A stretch of 64,000 bases of DNA from Bacteroidetes bacterium GWB2_32_14 (GCA_001768235.1 MENK01000035.1:61755-125754), one strand, 5' to 3'. Positions 27,798 to 38,536 are shown, counted from the stretch's first letter. Translations and numbers: made by a program. The notes: a model not told the origin generated them from the letters alone.

Positions 27798-30095
27798 TTA
27801 TTCGTTTCCTTTTTTATTGAATAAGATGTATCCAAAATTAAACACAAAGTAATACTTCTTATCTAATTTATCATAATAATTAATGCTTAAACTCGCCGGT
27901 CCTAATATTGTTTGATAAATAATTGCTCCGCTTGCTAGAAATGTCGGATTAGATAAATCCATATTATAATACGCCTTATTATTATCATCCGACATTATTT
28001 TTTGATAGGGCAGCATTCCATATATTTCTGCTCTTAAATGAATATCATCGGTTATTAATATTACCGGTTTTATTCCTACGGCCAGGTATGAATGTGCTTT
28101 ATAGGTATTAATAAACAATGTTTTACTATGTGGTGTTGGTTGAAAATCATTCGCATTTAACATGGTAGATGTATAATTGCTAAAAAAATCCATATTTGAA
28201 TAAGATGCCTCAAAATAGTACCCTAACGATATGCTTTTATTAAATTTAAGATATTTGTCGTGTGTAAAACGAATATTATACCAGGCATGTATCTCATTAA
28301 TCGTTTCGTCTGTTAAAGATGTAGAGCCCGGAATAAATTCTTCTTTACCAAATAAATAATTAATACTTACATTCTGATATACTCCTTGTGTTGGGTATTG
28401 TTTATAGTTTAGTGTATTTCTTTCGAATGCCAATTGAAAATTATAATAATTAAAATTCGTGATATCGGTAGTGTCGGTTTTTAAAAAATGCATAACCTGA
28501 TAATATTCATCTTTAATATCTCCGTATGCAGCCGAAAATCTCATTACTCCTGTAGTTTTAACAGGAGTAAAAATATTTATTTTAATATTACTTTCATTTT
28601 TAATAAGATATGGAGGGCGCGTATCTTCAAAAAAAGGATCGGAGCTACTACTATAATAATTCCATCGGTTAATCGTATAAGATGCTGATATGCCTATGGG
28701 TATTTTTGTCGGAAAATCGGCCCTTGCTTTAAGTTGTAATGAATTATACAGTCTGCCAAAATTAATATTTGCGTTTAGTATTCTGGAATACAAACCTAAC
28801 TGATTATATTCAAGGCTGGCATATCCCTGATTAATTGCACCAGATGAAATATTTGCCCCAATACCAGCATTAAACCTGCTTTTCTCCTTAATATTTAAAT
28901 ACAAATCATAATAAGAAGTTTGTTTGTTATATCTTGCTTCCGGAATAATTGATGATATGGTTCCATCAGCCAACAGCTTAAAATACTCTTTTTTAAAATC
29001 CAGAATATTAAACAAAGTATCTTTTTTATAAATGCTGTTTATTACAAATATTTTCTCTTTACTATTCAGCCCTTTTATATAAATGTCTTTAAAAGTGATT
29101 GTTTTTGTTTTATTTTTAAAATCTGCTCTCTTTTTTGATATTAACGAACTATCTGATTTAAATTGTATCATCAAGTCAATACTATCAATTAATCTCAACG
29201 TATTATCATAACCTGTTTGAATAATAAATTCCGTTTTATCGAAATCGAGCAAGCTTATATCTTCGAATTTTGATTCTATAAGAATTCCATTTTCAGGTAA
29301 ATCAAATTCTATTTTATTCATCAACATGTTTTCTAACTGAACAACAATATCGTCGGGGTCTGGTTTTTTTGAATTGCTGGTCGTTTTACTTCCAATAATA
29401 TAATCTGGTTGAAAAGATTGAATTAAAACATCTTGCGGAAAATTATTTTTCATTCCACCATCAAATAACAGTACACTATCAATTTCTATGGGTTTAAAAT
29501 AAAAAGGAAATGTCATAGACGCCCTAATGGCTTTTCCCAGGTCACCCTTTGAAAAAATCACAGCCTCGTTTTTATAAATGTCTGTTGCAACACAGCGAAA
29601 CGGAATAAATAAACTATCAAAATTATAATCAGCCGTAGCACTTGCTCCGGCAAATAGTTGCATTGCTGCAAAATCGAGTTGGTATGTTGGAATTAAATTT
29701 GAAGGAAGTTGGGCTTTTGCTTCTTTACCGGTAACCTGAATATTAAAATTTATCATTTCGGCATTAGCTGGTTCTTTTTTAAAATAATAAATATATTGTT
29801 GTTCAATAATACCGGTAGCCCATCTTTTAGAATCTTCAGAAAGTATTAACTCTTGAATCTCATCAGGACTATATCCACTCGCATATAATCCTCCGATTAT
29901 AGCACCCATTGATGTTCCTGTAATATAATCAACAGGAATATTATTTTCTTCAAGAGCTTTTAGAACGCCAATATGTGCAAACCCTTTTGCTCCCCCTCCA
30001 CTCAGAACCAGGCCAACCTTTTTCTGAGCTAAAGAATATTGACTGGTGGCAAAACTTAAAAGAATAAAAAGAATAAATTTGTATTTCATAAACAT
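27798..30095 (-). CDS. Patatin-like phospholipase with C-terminal POTRA/beta-barrel region (PlpD-like)
   Basis: LSGGGAKGFAHIG, GTSMG, DGG motifs; C-terminal amphipathic strands ending YFVFNFGYILF. Confidence 0.88.
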   Translation of the reverse strand: MFMKYKFILFILLSFATSQYSLAQKKVGLVLSGGGAKGFAHIGVLKALEENNIPVDYITGTSMGAIIGGLYASGYSPDEIQELILSEDSKRWATGIIEQQYIYYFKKEPANAEMINFNIQVTGKEAKAQLPSNLIPTYQLDFAAMQLFAGASATADYNFDSLFIPFRCVATDIYKNEAVIFSKGDLGKAIRASMTFPFYFKPIEIDSVLLFDGGMKNNFPQDVLIQSFQPDYIIGSKTTSNSKKPDPDDIVVQLENMLMNKIEFDLPENGILIESKFEDISLLDFDKTEFIIQTGYDNTLRLIDSIDLMIQFKSDSSLISKKRADFKNKTKTITFKDIYIKGLNSKEKIFVINSIYKKDTLFNILDFKKEYFKLLADGTISSIIPEARYNKQTSYYDLYLNIKEKSRFNAGIGANISSGAINQGYASLEYNQLGLYSRILNANINFGRLYNSLQLKARADFPTKIPIGISASYTINRWNYYSSSSDPFFEDTRPPYLIKNESNIKINIFTPVKTTGVMRFSAAYGDIKDEYYQVMHFLKTDTTDITNFNYYNFQLAFERNTLNYKQYPTQGVYQNVSINYLFGKEEFIPGSTSLTDETINEIHAWYNIRFTHDKYLKFNKSISLGYYFEASYSNMDFFSNYTSTMLNANDFQPTPHSKTLFINTYKAHSYLAVGIKPVILITDDIHLRAEIYGMLPYQKIMSDDNNKAYYNMDLSNPTFLASGAIIYQTILGPASLSINYYDKLDKKYYFVFNFGYILFNKKGNE

Positions 30096-30177
30096 TAAAT
30101 TTCCACTAATTACATATTTTTTTTATTACTAATAATTTGTTTCTATTTTTGTTCTTTAATATTTATCCAAAGTTACT

Positions 30178-30984
30178 ATGAAAAAATTATTATTTGTTTC
30201 GCTAATAGCATTTTTACTTTTGTTTTCCTGTACTGAAAAAAAACAAAAGCACGAAGATCGGTTATATAAAATTGAAACAATTTATGGCGATATCATATTT
30301 AAGTTATACGATGAAACGCCAATACATAAAGAAAATTTTATAAAACTCATCGAATCCGATTATTTTAATGATTTATTATTTCATAGAGTTATAAATGGAT
30401 TTATGATACAGGGTGGTGATCCGGATTCACGAAATGCACCTGCGGGGAAATTATTGGGAGAAGGTGGCCCTGATTATACTTTACCCGCTGAATTTGTTGA
30501 TAGTATTTTCCATAAGAAAGGTGTTATTGCTGCCGCACGCGAAGGTGACGATGTAAATCCTGAAATGCGTTCGTCTGCCTCACAATTTTATATTGTGCAG
30601 GGAAAAGTATTTTCTGATGAAGATATTGAAAAAGTTGAAGACCGGATTAATGCTTCACGTTTAAATAAATTAATAACAACTTATTTAGAAGAAGAAAAAT
30701 TAAAAGCGTACGATACCGGTTCAATTATAGATTATGAAACATTACTTCCAAAAGTTCGTGAAAAAGCAGAAGAAGAATTTAAAAAGCAGGGGTATTATAA
30801 AATCCCCGATTTTAAACGTAAGGTTTATCAAACTATAGGAGGAACCCCACACCTTGATATGGCCTACACAATTTTTGGTGAAGTAGTTGAAGGCCTTGAA
30901 ATAATTGATAAAATTGCAGCAGTAGAAACAGACACAAACGACCGTCCTGTAAAAGATATAAAAATGAGAATTAAAAAATTATAA
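30178..30984 (+). CDS. Cyclophilin-type peptidyl-prolyl cis-trans isomerase (lipoprotein)
   Basis: Lipobox LFSC; FHRVINGFMIQGGDP, SASQFYIV, PHLDMAYTIFGEV. Confidence 0.94.
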   Translation: MKKLLFVSLIAFLLLFSCTEKKQKHEDRLYKIETIYGDIIFKLYDETPIHKENFIKLIESDYFNDLLFHRVINGFMIQGGDPDSRNAPAGKLLGEGGPDYTLPAEFVDSIFHKKGVIAAAREGDDVNPEMRSSASQFYIVQGKVFSDEDIEKVEDRINASRLNKLITTYLEEEKLKAYDTGSIIDYETLLPKVREKAEEEFKKQGYYKIPDFKRKVYQTIGGTPHLDMAYTIFGEVVEGLEIIDKIAAVETDTNDRPVKDIKMRIKKL

Positions 30985-30999
30985 TTAGTTGAAAATACA

Positions 31000-32019
31000 A
31001 TGATTGATAAATTACAGAATTATATAAAAGAAACAGAAGCTTTTATCGCAAGTACAGCCGAAGAACTGGAGAATTTCCGTATAAAATACCTAGGTAAAAA
31101 AGGAATATTAAATGATTTATTTGAAGATTTTAAAAATGTTCCACGTGAAAACAAAAAAGATGTAGGGCAAAAAATCAACGAACTTAAAAATCTCGTTCAG
31201 GAAAAAATCAATAGTTTTAAATCGTCTTTTGAAGAATCTACAACATCTAAATCAGGAATAGATTTAACAGCCCCGGCCGATCCAAATAAAATGGGAACCC
31301 GTCATCCTATTTCACTTGTTCGTAATGAAATCATAGATATATTTAATCGTATTGGATTTACAATATCCGAAGGGCCAGAAATTGAAGATGATTGGCATGT
31401 TTTTTCAGCTCTAAATTTCCCTGAAGAACATCCTGCACGAGATATGCAAGATACTTTTTTTATCGATGATGCTTCAAAAATACTTTTACGTACTCATACC
31501 AGTTCTGTTCAGGTTCGGGTAATGGAAAATTCAAAACCACCTATTCGTACAATTTCACCTGGTCGTGTTTTTCGTAATGAAGCTATTAGCGCCCGTGCAC
31601 ATTGTATTTTTCACCAGGTTGAAGGATTGTATATCGACGAAAATGTTTCTTTTGCCGATTTAAAACAAACCCTGATGTTTTTTGCAAAAGAAATGTTTGG
31701 TGAAAAAACACAGATTCGTTTGCGCCCATCCTATTTTCCATTTACAGAACCATCAGCAGAAATGGATGTAGCGTGTAATATTTGCGGAGGAAAAGGATGT
31801 AATGTATGTAAATACACGGGATGGCTTGAAATTCTGGGTTGTGGTATGGTTGATCCAAACGTATTAAAGAATTGCAAAATTGATAGTGAAAAATACACTG
31901 GATTTGCTTTTGGAATGGGAATTGAACGAATAGCGATGCTTAAATATGGTATAAATGATCTTCGCTTATATTTCGAAAATGATGTTCGTTTTTTAAACCA
32001 GTTTAAATCGTCACTTTAA
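31000..32019 (+). CDS. pheS: Phenylalanine--tRNA ligase alpha subunit
   Basis: HPARDMQDTF, LRTHTS, FHQVEGL, YFPFTEPSAE, GFAFGMGIER; CNICGGKGCNVC Zn ribbon. Confidence 0.99.
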   Translation: MIDKLQNYIKETEAFIASTAEELENFRIKYLGKKGILNDLFEDFKNVPRENKKDVGQKINELKNLVQEKINSFKSSFEESTTSKSGIDLTAPADPNKMGTRHPISLVRNEIIDIFNRIGFTISEGPEIEDDWHVFSALNFPEEHPARDMQDTFFIDDASKILLRTHTSSVQVRVMENSKPPIRTISPGRVFRNEAISARAHCIFHQVEGLYIDENVSFADLKQTLMFFAKEMFGEKTQIRLRPSYFPFTEPSAEMDVACNICGGKGCNVCKYTGWLEILGCGMVDPNVLKNCKIDSEKYTGFAFGMGIERIAMLKYGINDLRLYFENDVRFLNQFKSSL

Positions 32020-32041
32020 TCGATTTAACAAAGAATATAGT

Positions 32042-32072
32042 AAACTGCAAGATTTTTTCTTGCAGTTTTTTT
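32042..32072. terminator. Bidirectional terminator between pheS and the OsmC gene
   Basis: AAACTGCAAGA-TTTTT-TCTTGCAGTTTTTT. Confidence 0.78.
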
Positions 32073-32487
32073 ATGGATTAACTTGTATTTCGTGTGTAAG
32101 CTCCAGTGCTTTTTTATATACAGCACTGACACCACAGTATTGTTCATCAGATAACTTTACTGCTTTTTCCAATTTATCTAAAGGTAAATCCTTACCCCAG
32201 AATTTATAGATTACATGCATTTTATAAAAATGTTTTGGATGTTCTTCGGTTAAGTCGGCAATAATTTCGACATTAAATTTTTCAATTTCAACTCTCATTT
32301 TTTTAAGAATAGAAACAACATCCATTCCTGTACATCCTGCAAGAGCAAGTAACATCAATGGTTTAGGCCTTGGACCTGTATTATTTCCACCCACTGCAGG
32401 ATCGGCATCGATAACTAGTTTATGGCCATTTATTTCTGATTCAAAAGCCATGTTATCAATCCAATTTAAATTTAACGATGTTTTCAT
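32071..32487 (-). CDS. OsmC/YhfA family protein
   Basis: GPRPKPLMLLALAGCTGMDV...QYCGVS, two conserved Cys. Confidence 0.9.
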   Translation of the reverse strand: MKTSLNLNWIDNMAFESEINGHKLVIDADPAVGGNNTGPRPKPLMLLALAGCTGMDVVSILKKMRVEIEKFNVEIIADLTEEHPKHFYKMHVIYKFWGKDLPLDKLEKAVKLSDEQYCGVSAVYKKALELTHEIQVNP

Positions 32488-32630
32488 ACATTTATATATT
32501 TATATAGTACTATTTTATACAAATATACTTTAATTTGTATATTCTAAAATTGAATAAATAAGATCAAATAATATAATTTTGTACTTATCTAAAAATATAA
32601 ATAGTTTAATTGGATGTAAATTTTTTACAG

Positions 32631-33338
32631 ATGAAAAACCGTGAACATATTCCGTTATGTGCAAGTTGTATAAATGATTTTGAAAGTATATTCAAACATC
32701 TTACACCAGAAGAACATCAAAAAGTTGACTATGAAAAAGTTTGCAACTCATATAAAAGAGGAAATGTAATATATCATGAAGGAAGTCGGACAAATGGTTT
32801 TTATTGTATCCATTCGGGTATTGTAAAAATATTTAAAACAGGCATAGATGGCCGTGAACAAATTATTACTTTTGCTAAAAAGGGTGATTTAATTGGGTTT
32901 CGTTCAATTCTAAGCGGCGAATTGGCTTGTTCTTCGGCAAAAGTAATTGATGATTCTGTTTTATGTTTTATTCCGGGCGAAACATTAATCAGTCTTGTAA
33001 AAACAAATGGTAATTTTTCATTGGCATTAATGCAACTTACCTGTAAAGAACTTGGTGTTGCAAATGCATATATTACTGATATTGCACAAAAAACTGTTCG
33101 CGAAAGGCTTGCAGAAGTATTATTAAAACTAATGGACACTTTTCAATTAGATAGCGATAATGTTTTACAGGTATCACTTACCCGTGAAGAACTTGCAAAT
33201 ATTGTAGGTACAGCTACAGAGTCTGTAATTCGATTGTTATCAGAATTTAAGCAAGATAAGCTTATTGATATAAATGGCAGAAAAATTAAAATCCTTGATA
33301 TTAAAAAACTCGAAAAAATATCAAATGCTTTTAATTAG
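32631..33338 (+). CDS. Crp/Fnr family transcriptional regulator
   Basis: cNMP-binding-like domain (GNVIYHEG...GIVKI...GREQI) and [28 protein letters not shown]; N-terminal CASC; ATG 32631. Confidence 0.93.
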   Translation: MKNREHIPLCASCINDFESIFKHLTPEEHQKVDYEKVCNSYKRGNVIYHEGSRTNGFYCIHSGIVKIFKTGIDGREQIITFAKKGDLIGFRSILSGELACSSAKVIDDSVLCFIPGETLISLVKTNGNFSLALMQLTCKELGVANAYITDIAQKTVRERLAEVLLKLMDTFQLDSDNVLQVSLTREELANIVGTATESVIRLLSEFKQDKLIDINGRKIKILDIKKLEKISNAFN

Positions 33339-34357
33339 AACAGTTGTGCCTGATCGTTTGTATTTTTTACCCTGTTTAAATGTTTATAAGCTATTTCTGT
33401 AGCTTCTCTCCCGCGTGGAGTTCTTTTTAGATACCCTTCCTTAATTAAAAAAGGTTCATATACTTCTTCAATAGTTCCTGCATCTTCGCCTATTGCAGTT
33501 GCAATTGTAGTTAAGCCCACGGGTCCGCCTTTAAACTTATCCATAATAGTCAGAAGTATTCTATTGTCCATTTCATCCAGACCATGTTTATCGATATTTA
33601 AAGCTTTAAGTGCAATTCGGGATATTTCGATATCAATATTCCCATCTCCCTTAACCTGGGCAAAATCACGGACCCTTCTCAGTAATGCATTTGCAATACG
33701 AGGAGTTCCTCTTGAACGTGATGCTATTTCAACAGCAGCATTATCATTAATTTTTACATTTAATATTAAAGCCGAACGTTTTACAATTGAAGTCAGAATA
33801 TCGAAATCATAATATTCGAGATGAGAACTTATTCCAAATCGTGCACGTAATGGGCTAGTAAGAAGGCCTGAGCGGGTTGTTGCCCCAATTAAAGTAAATG
33901 GATTGAGAGTTATTTGAACAGAACGAGCGCTGGGGCCTTTATCTATCATGATATCTATTTTGTAATCCTCCATAGCAGAATACAAATATTCTTCTACTAC
34001 CGGGCTTAACCTGTGTATTTCATCAATAAATAAAACATCGCCCGGTTCTAAATTGGTAAGCAAACCAGCTAAATCACCCGGTTTATCGAGTACAGGACCG
34101 GAAGTAAGTTTCAAATTTACATTTAATTCGTTCGCAAGAATATTTGCAAGAGTCGTTTTTCCTAACCCGGGAGGGCCATGTAAAAGAACGTGGTCTAAGG
34201 CTTCGCCTCTCATTTTTGCCGCTTGTACAAAGATTTTTAAATTATCCACAACTTTATACTGACCTTTAAAATCATGAAAATTTAATGGCCGAAGCTTATT
34301 TTCAACTTCAATATCTTTTTTATCGAATTCGTTTTCCCGAATATCAAAACTATCCAT
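33335..34357 (-). CDS. ruvB: Holliday junction branch migration helicase RuvB
   Basis: [52 protein letters not shown]. Confidence 0.99.
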   Translation of the reverse strand: MDSFDIRENEFDKKDIEVENKLRPLNFHDFKGQYKVVDNLKIFVQAAKMRGEALDHVLLHGPPGLGKTTLANILANELNVNLKLTSGPVLDKPGDLAGLLTNLEPGDVLFIDEIHRLSPVVEEYLYSAMEDYKIDIMIDKGPSARSVQITLNPFTLIGATTRSGLLTSPLRARFGISSHLEYYDFDILTSIVKRSALILNVKINDNAAVEIASRSRGTPRIANALLRRVRDFAQVKGDGNIDIEISRIALKALNIDKHGLDEMDNRILLTIMDKFKGGPVGLTTIATAIGEDAGTIEEVYEPFLIKEGYLKRTPRGREATEIAYKHLNRVKNTNDQAQLF

Positions 34358-34379
34358 TATTTTAATTTATTGGGTAAAG

Positions 34380-35939
34380 TTATAAAATATCTTCGGATTG
34401 TTTATTTCTGATTTTTATACCGTTTACTTTATATTCTGTATTATTTTTATATTGTATTACAAGCAGTGGTTCTCCATTTATTTTGTATTTAACCCATGAT
34501 TTTATTTTTTTCCCATCGCTATAATAGCGTTCTTCTAAAATTTTTCCATCAGGATAATAATATTCATGTTTACCATCTTCATTTCCCTGTACAAATCTTC
34601 CTTTAAAATACAGATTCCCTGAATTATAAAATTGTTTCCATAAACCATCTTTTTGATCCATCACATAATTTCCTTTTGAAATCATGTCTCCAATAATATA
34701 AAACCATTCTCCTTCTTTATTTCCTTGAATGTACAATCCTTTTGAAATAGTATCTCCATGTTCATTATATTCTATTGATTCTCCATCTTCTAAACCTAAA
34801 ATAAAAGTTTCCTCCATTAAAAGAGAACCATTCTCATGAAACCACTTCCACAAACCGGTTAGTTTTCCATTTATATAACTTCCTGTTTGTTGTATTTTAC
34901 CATTTTTGTGGTAATAAGTCCATCGGCCATTCTTTTTGTCATTTAAAAAATTTCCCTCGGCTTTTATATTTCCTTCTTCGAAATATTCAGTCCATTTACC
35001 ATGTTTTGAACCGTCGTTATTTATAATACCTTCAGATAGTAAATTACCGTTTGTATTATAAACTTTCGATTTTATTACATTTCCATTTGAATTGTAATAC
35101 CTGTGAATACCAATTGGCATATCGAAAAAAAATCCTCCCTGAAAAATCAGATTACCCAATTCATCATACTCTTCTTTTATTTCAACATCCTTTTCGGCCT
35201 GATTTTTATTTTCAACCGGTTCATCATTTTCATATCTAAACGTACTAATTAAAAAGCCACTTGAGTTGTAGTTTTTAACATATCCATTTAATTTCCCGTT
35301 TTTATATGTTTTTTCTTCAACCAGGTTTCCCTCTTCATTAAAGGTTTTCCAAACACCTTCTTTTAATCCGTCAGAGTTATACCGATTAATCTTTTCATAA
35401 AATAAAATATCATTATTCCTATAACGATATATAGAAATAATGAGGCCTTTTTCGTCATATTCAAATGCCATTCCGTTTTTCTTATCGTCAGTATATGGAA
35501 TAATCTCTTTAATTTTTCCACTTGCATAATAAAAACAGGACGTTCCATTACGTAAACCATTTAAATATAATTCTTTTGACTTAATTTTATTTATATTTTT
35601 TTCGCCTGTAAAATATTTATAATCATACCCGTTTTTTTTTCCCAGATAATAACTTATTTTTTCTGTAGTATCGCCCAGTTCGTTAAAAAATATCCAAATA
35701 CTATCTAAGCTGTTATTCAACCATTTCCCTTCAGATTTTTTTATTCCGCTAACATAAAATGATTTCCATAATCCGTTTGGTTTATCATTTTTTAAAAAAC
35801 CTTCGCTGGCAATAATTCCATTTTTATAAAAATAGGTTTTAAAAATTTGTTGATCCTGAATAAGTGTATCTTGCCCGAAAATGCAAACCGGGAATAAATA
35901 AAAGACGAAAAAATAAAAAATTTTTCTGTACATAAACAA
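34380..35939 (-). CDS. Secreted MORN-variant repeat protein (YwqK-like)
   Basis: Signal peptide and many repeats of G.W..Y..NG.....G.Y.NG.K.G. Confidence 0.8.
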   Translation of the reverse strand: MFMYRKIFYFFVFYLFPVCIFGQDTLIQDQQIFKTYFYKNGIIASEGFLKNDKPNGLWKSFYVSGIKKSEGKWLNNSLDSIWIFFNELGDTTEKISYYLGKKNGYDYKYFTGEKNINKIKSKELYLNGLRNGTSCFYYASGKIKEIIPYTDDKKNGMAFEYDEKGLIISIYRYRNNDILFYEKINRYNSDGLKEGVWKTFNEEGNLVEEKTYKNGKLNGYVKNYNSSGFLISTFRYENDEPVENKNQAEKDVEIKEEYDELGNLIFQGGFFFDMPIGIHRYYNSNGNVIKSKVYNTNGNLLSEGIINNDGSKHGKWTEYFEEGNIKAEGNFLNDKKNGRWTYYHKNGKIQQTGSYINGKLTGLWKWFHENGSLLMEETFILGLEDGESIEYNEHGDTISKGLYIQGNKEGEWFYIIGDMISKGNYVMDQKDGLWKQFYNSGNLYFKGRFVQGNEDGKHEYYYPDGKILEERYYSDGKKIKSWVKYKINGEPLLVIQYKNNTEYKVNGIKIRNKQSEDIL

Positions 35940-35991
35940 TGCTATAGTGTAGCTATAAATATATACATAAAAGACGGAAGTATTTATGTTT

Positions 35992-36987
35992 TTACAGATT
36001 CAATTTTCTGGATATTTCCAGCATATTATCAATAGATTTTTTTGCCTTAACTAATATTTCATTATCTAAAATGACTTCGGGTTGTTCAAATTTTAGTGTA
36101 TTATAAATCTTTTTTATTGTAATTTTTTTCATAAAATTACAATCGTTACAACCGCAAGTAGAATCTTTTGGAGGAGCTACAATAAATAATTTTTCAGGAT
36201 TATTTTTTTTCATCTGATGTAAAATACCCGACTCAGTTGCAACAATATATTCTTTTGAATTATCGGTACTTGTATATTTTAACAATGCAGCAGTTGAACC
36301 AATATAATCAGAAATAAGTTGAACCGGTTTTTGGCATTCGGGATGAGATATTACTTTAGCACCCGGGTATTCTTTTTTTAGATTTAGTATTCCTTCTACA
36401 GAAAATTCTTCATGAACATGACAGGCACCATTCCATACAACCATATTTCTTCCTGTTATCCTGTTAATATAATTTCCCAAATTTCTATCTGGTGCAAATA
36501 TTATTTTTTGTTCTTGCGGAAGGGAATTAACTATTTGAAGTGCATTTGTTGATGTACAACATATATCTGTTAATGTTTTAATTTTTGCTGTTGTATTTAC
36601 ATACGAAATAACGATATGATCGGGATGTTGCTTTACAAATTTTTCAAATTCATCAAAAGGGCAGGAGTCAGCTAACGAACAACCAGCATTTAAATCAGGT
36701 ATTAATACTTTACTTTTAGGAGTAAGTATCTTTGCCGTTTCTGCCATAAAATGTACACCTGCAAAAACAATTATTTTTGCTTTTGTTTTAGCTGCTTCTT
36801 GTGATAATGCCAAACTATCACCAACAAAATCTGCTATATCCTGAATATCTCCTGTTTGATAATAATGAGCAAGTATAATAGCATTTTTTTCTTTTTTAAG
36901 ATGTTCTATTTCTTTTAAAACATCAATATTCTTATCAATATCTGAATCAACATATCCTTTTTTGATATTTATGTTTTTAACATTCAT
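35992..36987 (-). CDS. nadA: Quinolinate synthase
   Basis: ILAHYYQ, GDSLALS, GVHFMAETAK, AGCSLA, YVNT, CHVH, HPEC, CNFMK. Confidence 0.97.
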   Translation of the reverse strand: MNVKNINIKKGYVDSDIDKNIDVLKEIEHLKKEKNAIILAHYYQTGDIQDIADFVGDSLALSQEAAKTKAKIIVFAGVHFMAETAKILTPKSKVLIPDLNAGCSLADSCPFDEFEKFVKQHPDHIVISYVNTTAKIKTLTDICCTSTNALQIVNSLPQEQKIIFAPDRNLGNYINRITGRNMVVWNGACHVHEEFSVEGILNLKKEYPGAKVISHPECQKPVQLISDYIGSTAALLKYTSTDNSKEYIVATESGILHQMKKNNPEKLFIVAPPKDSTCGCNDCNFMKKITIKKIYNTLKFEQPEVILDNEILVKAKKSIDNMLEISRKLNL

Positions 36988-37633
36988 AATATATATTATA
37001 TATATTTTAAATTTAATTAATAATTATAATAATAATGATATGCTGTTAATACTGTTATTAATTATTTTGATTTTCTCTTGCATATTTAAAAATTAAAAAG
37101 ATTTTAATAGTATTTCAACAACTTATATAGAGTAATCATTATGATTTTTAATAAGATATAATTTTTATTAACATCTGTTAATAGTAAATGAACTTAATAT
37201 TTTTAAACTAAAAAGAACAAAAATTTTGTTAAAAATTATGCTTAAAAAATAAGGGGTAAAACTAAAAAATAATTTTTGATTTGTCTTATTTTTTTATATA
37301 TACACAGCTGTTTTAATAATACAAACAAATTTTTTATTTTTTTGTTGACGTTAATTAACATTCTTTTAACAGAATTAAGTTAAGCTATTAACAATTTAAA
37401 TAGTAATTTAAAATTATTCATAATGTGTAGTATATGAATAGTTTAATATAGTTGTATTCATTTTAAATTTTATGAAAACAAGAGTAATTTATTTTTATTC
37501 AATGCTTTTAATTAGAAATTTAGTATATGCCATTATTGGTTTTAAATATTAGAAAAGAAAAGAAAAAATCAATAAGACAGAATCGTGTTATAAATAAAAT
37601 AATGGTTATTTTTGGAGTACAATAATAATAAAA
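36988..37633. other. Putative chromosomal replication origin (oriC)
   Basis: 646-bp ORF-free, extremely AT-rich gap between divergent genes. It holds clustered DnaA-box-like 9-mers (TGTTAATAC 37044, TGTTATTAA 37053, TTATTAACA 37165, TGTTAATAG 37176, ATATACACA 37298, TAATTAACA 37352, CTATTAACA 37385) and a TAA-trio tract at 37018-37035. parS lies 1.4 kb away. Confidence 0.65.
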
Positions 37634-38074
37634 ATGGGAAATAAATTATTAGCAATAGCAAGTGATCATGCGGGTTTTGAATTTAAAGAAAAATTAAAAG
37701 AATATTTATTAGCAAAAGATTATTTAATTAAAGATTTCGGTACTTATTCTTCAGAAAGTTCAGATTACCCGGATTATGCACATCCACTTGCAGAAGCAGT
37801 GGAAAAAGGAGAATGTGAATTTGGAATAACATTGTGTGGAAGTGGTAATGGAATTAATATGACAGCAAACAAACACCAGGGAATAAGAGCTGCTTTATGT
37901 TGGAATTCAGAAATTTCTGAATTAGCCAGGCTACATAATAATGCAAACGTGTGTTCTATACCAGCCCGATTTGTTAATTTCAAGCTTGTAAAGCAAATTG
38001 TTGATATATTTTTAAATACACAGTTTGAAGGTGGACGGCATTTACGGAGAATAGAAAAGATACCTGTAAAATAA
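37634..38074 (+). CDS. rpiB: Ribose-5-phosphate isomerase B
   Basis: ASDHAG, SDYPD, CGSGNG, ANK, RAAL, ARLHNNAN, FEGGRHLRRI. Confidence 0.97.
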   Translation: MGNKLLAIASDHAGFEFKEKLKEYLLAKDYLIKDFGTYSSESSDYPDYAHPLAEAVEKGECEFGITLCGSGNGINMTANKHQGIRAALCWNSEISELARLHNNANVCSIPARFVNFKLVKQIVDIFLNTQFEGGRHLRRIEKIPVK

Positions 38075-38092
38075 TTATAATAATTAAAACCG

Positions 38093-38536
38093 ATGTTATC
38101 AAATACATGTAAATATGCCATAAGAGCGATTATTTACCTTGCACTTTATGATGGTGAAAATAGGAAAATAGGAATTAAAGAAATATCAAAAGAACTGAAT
38201 ATACCAACACCGTTTTTAGGTAAGATATTACAACTTCTCGCTAAAAATAAATTATTAACTTCAACAAAAGGACCAAATGGCGGTTTTGGATTAGCTAAGC
38301 CACCAAAAGAAATTACTCTTCTTTCAATTATTCAAATTATTGATGGTTTAGATTTATTTACAGAGTGTTTAATAGGTTTAAGCTCATGTAAACCAACAGA
38401 ACATAATGATGTTCAGTGTCCAATTCATAAAAGATACGAACCGATTAGTAAGCAAATTTATGAGATGTTTGATACAGAGAATATTGAAAATTTAAAGAAT
38501 GAAATTTTAGCATCAGAAGGAAAAATAGGATTATAA
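38093..38536 (+). CDS. Rrf2 family transcriptional regulator (putative Fe-S binding)
   Basis: YAIRAIIYLA, FLGKILQLL, STKGPNGGF; C-x6-C-x9-C-P-I-H. Confidence 0.92.
   Translation: MLSNTCKYAIRAIIYLALYDGENRKIGIKEISKELNIPTPFLGKILQLLAKNKLLTSTKGPNGGFGLAKPPKEITLLSIIQIIDGLDLFTECLIGLSSCKPTEHNDVQCPIHKRYEPISKQIYEMFDTENIENLKNEILASEGKIGL

Noticed and set aside
31137-31152. parS inside pheS (TGTTCCACGTGAAAAC)
   Set aside because: Two mismatches in the right arm and it lies in coding sequence; possibly a weak site but not supportable.
32550-32567. FNR box upstream of the Crp/Fnr gene (TTGAATAAATAAGATCAA)
   Set aside because: The TTGA-TCAA spacing is 10 nt rather than the 6 nt of TTGAT-N4-ATCAA.
34380-35939. 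Toxin-antitoxin system (YwqK-like annotation)
   Set aside because: No adjacent toxin gene; a long secreted MORN-variant repeat protein between nadA and ruvB is more parsimonious.
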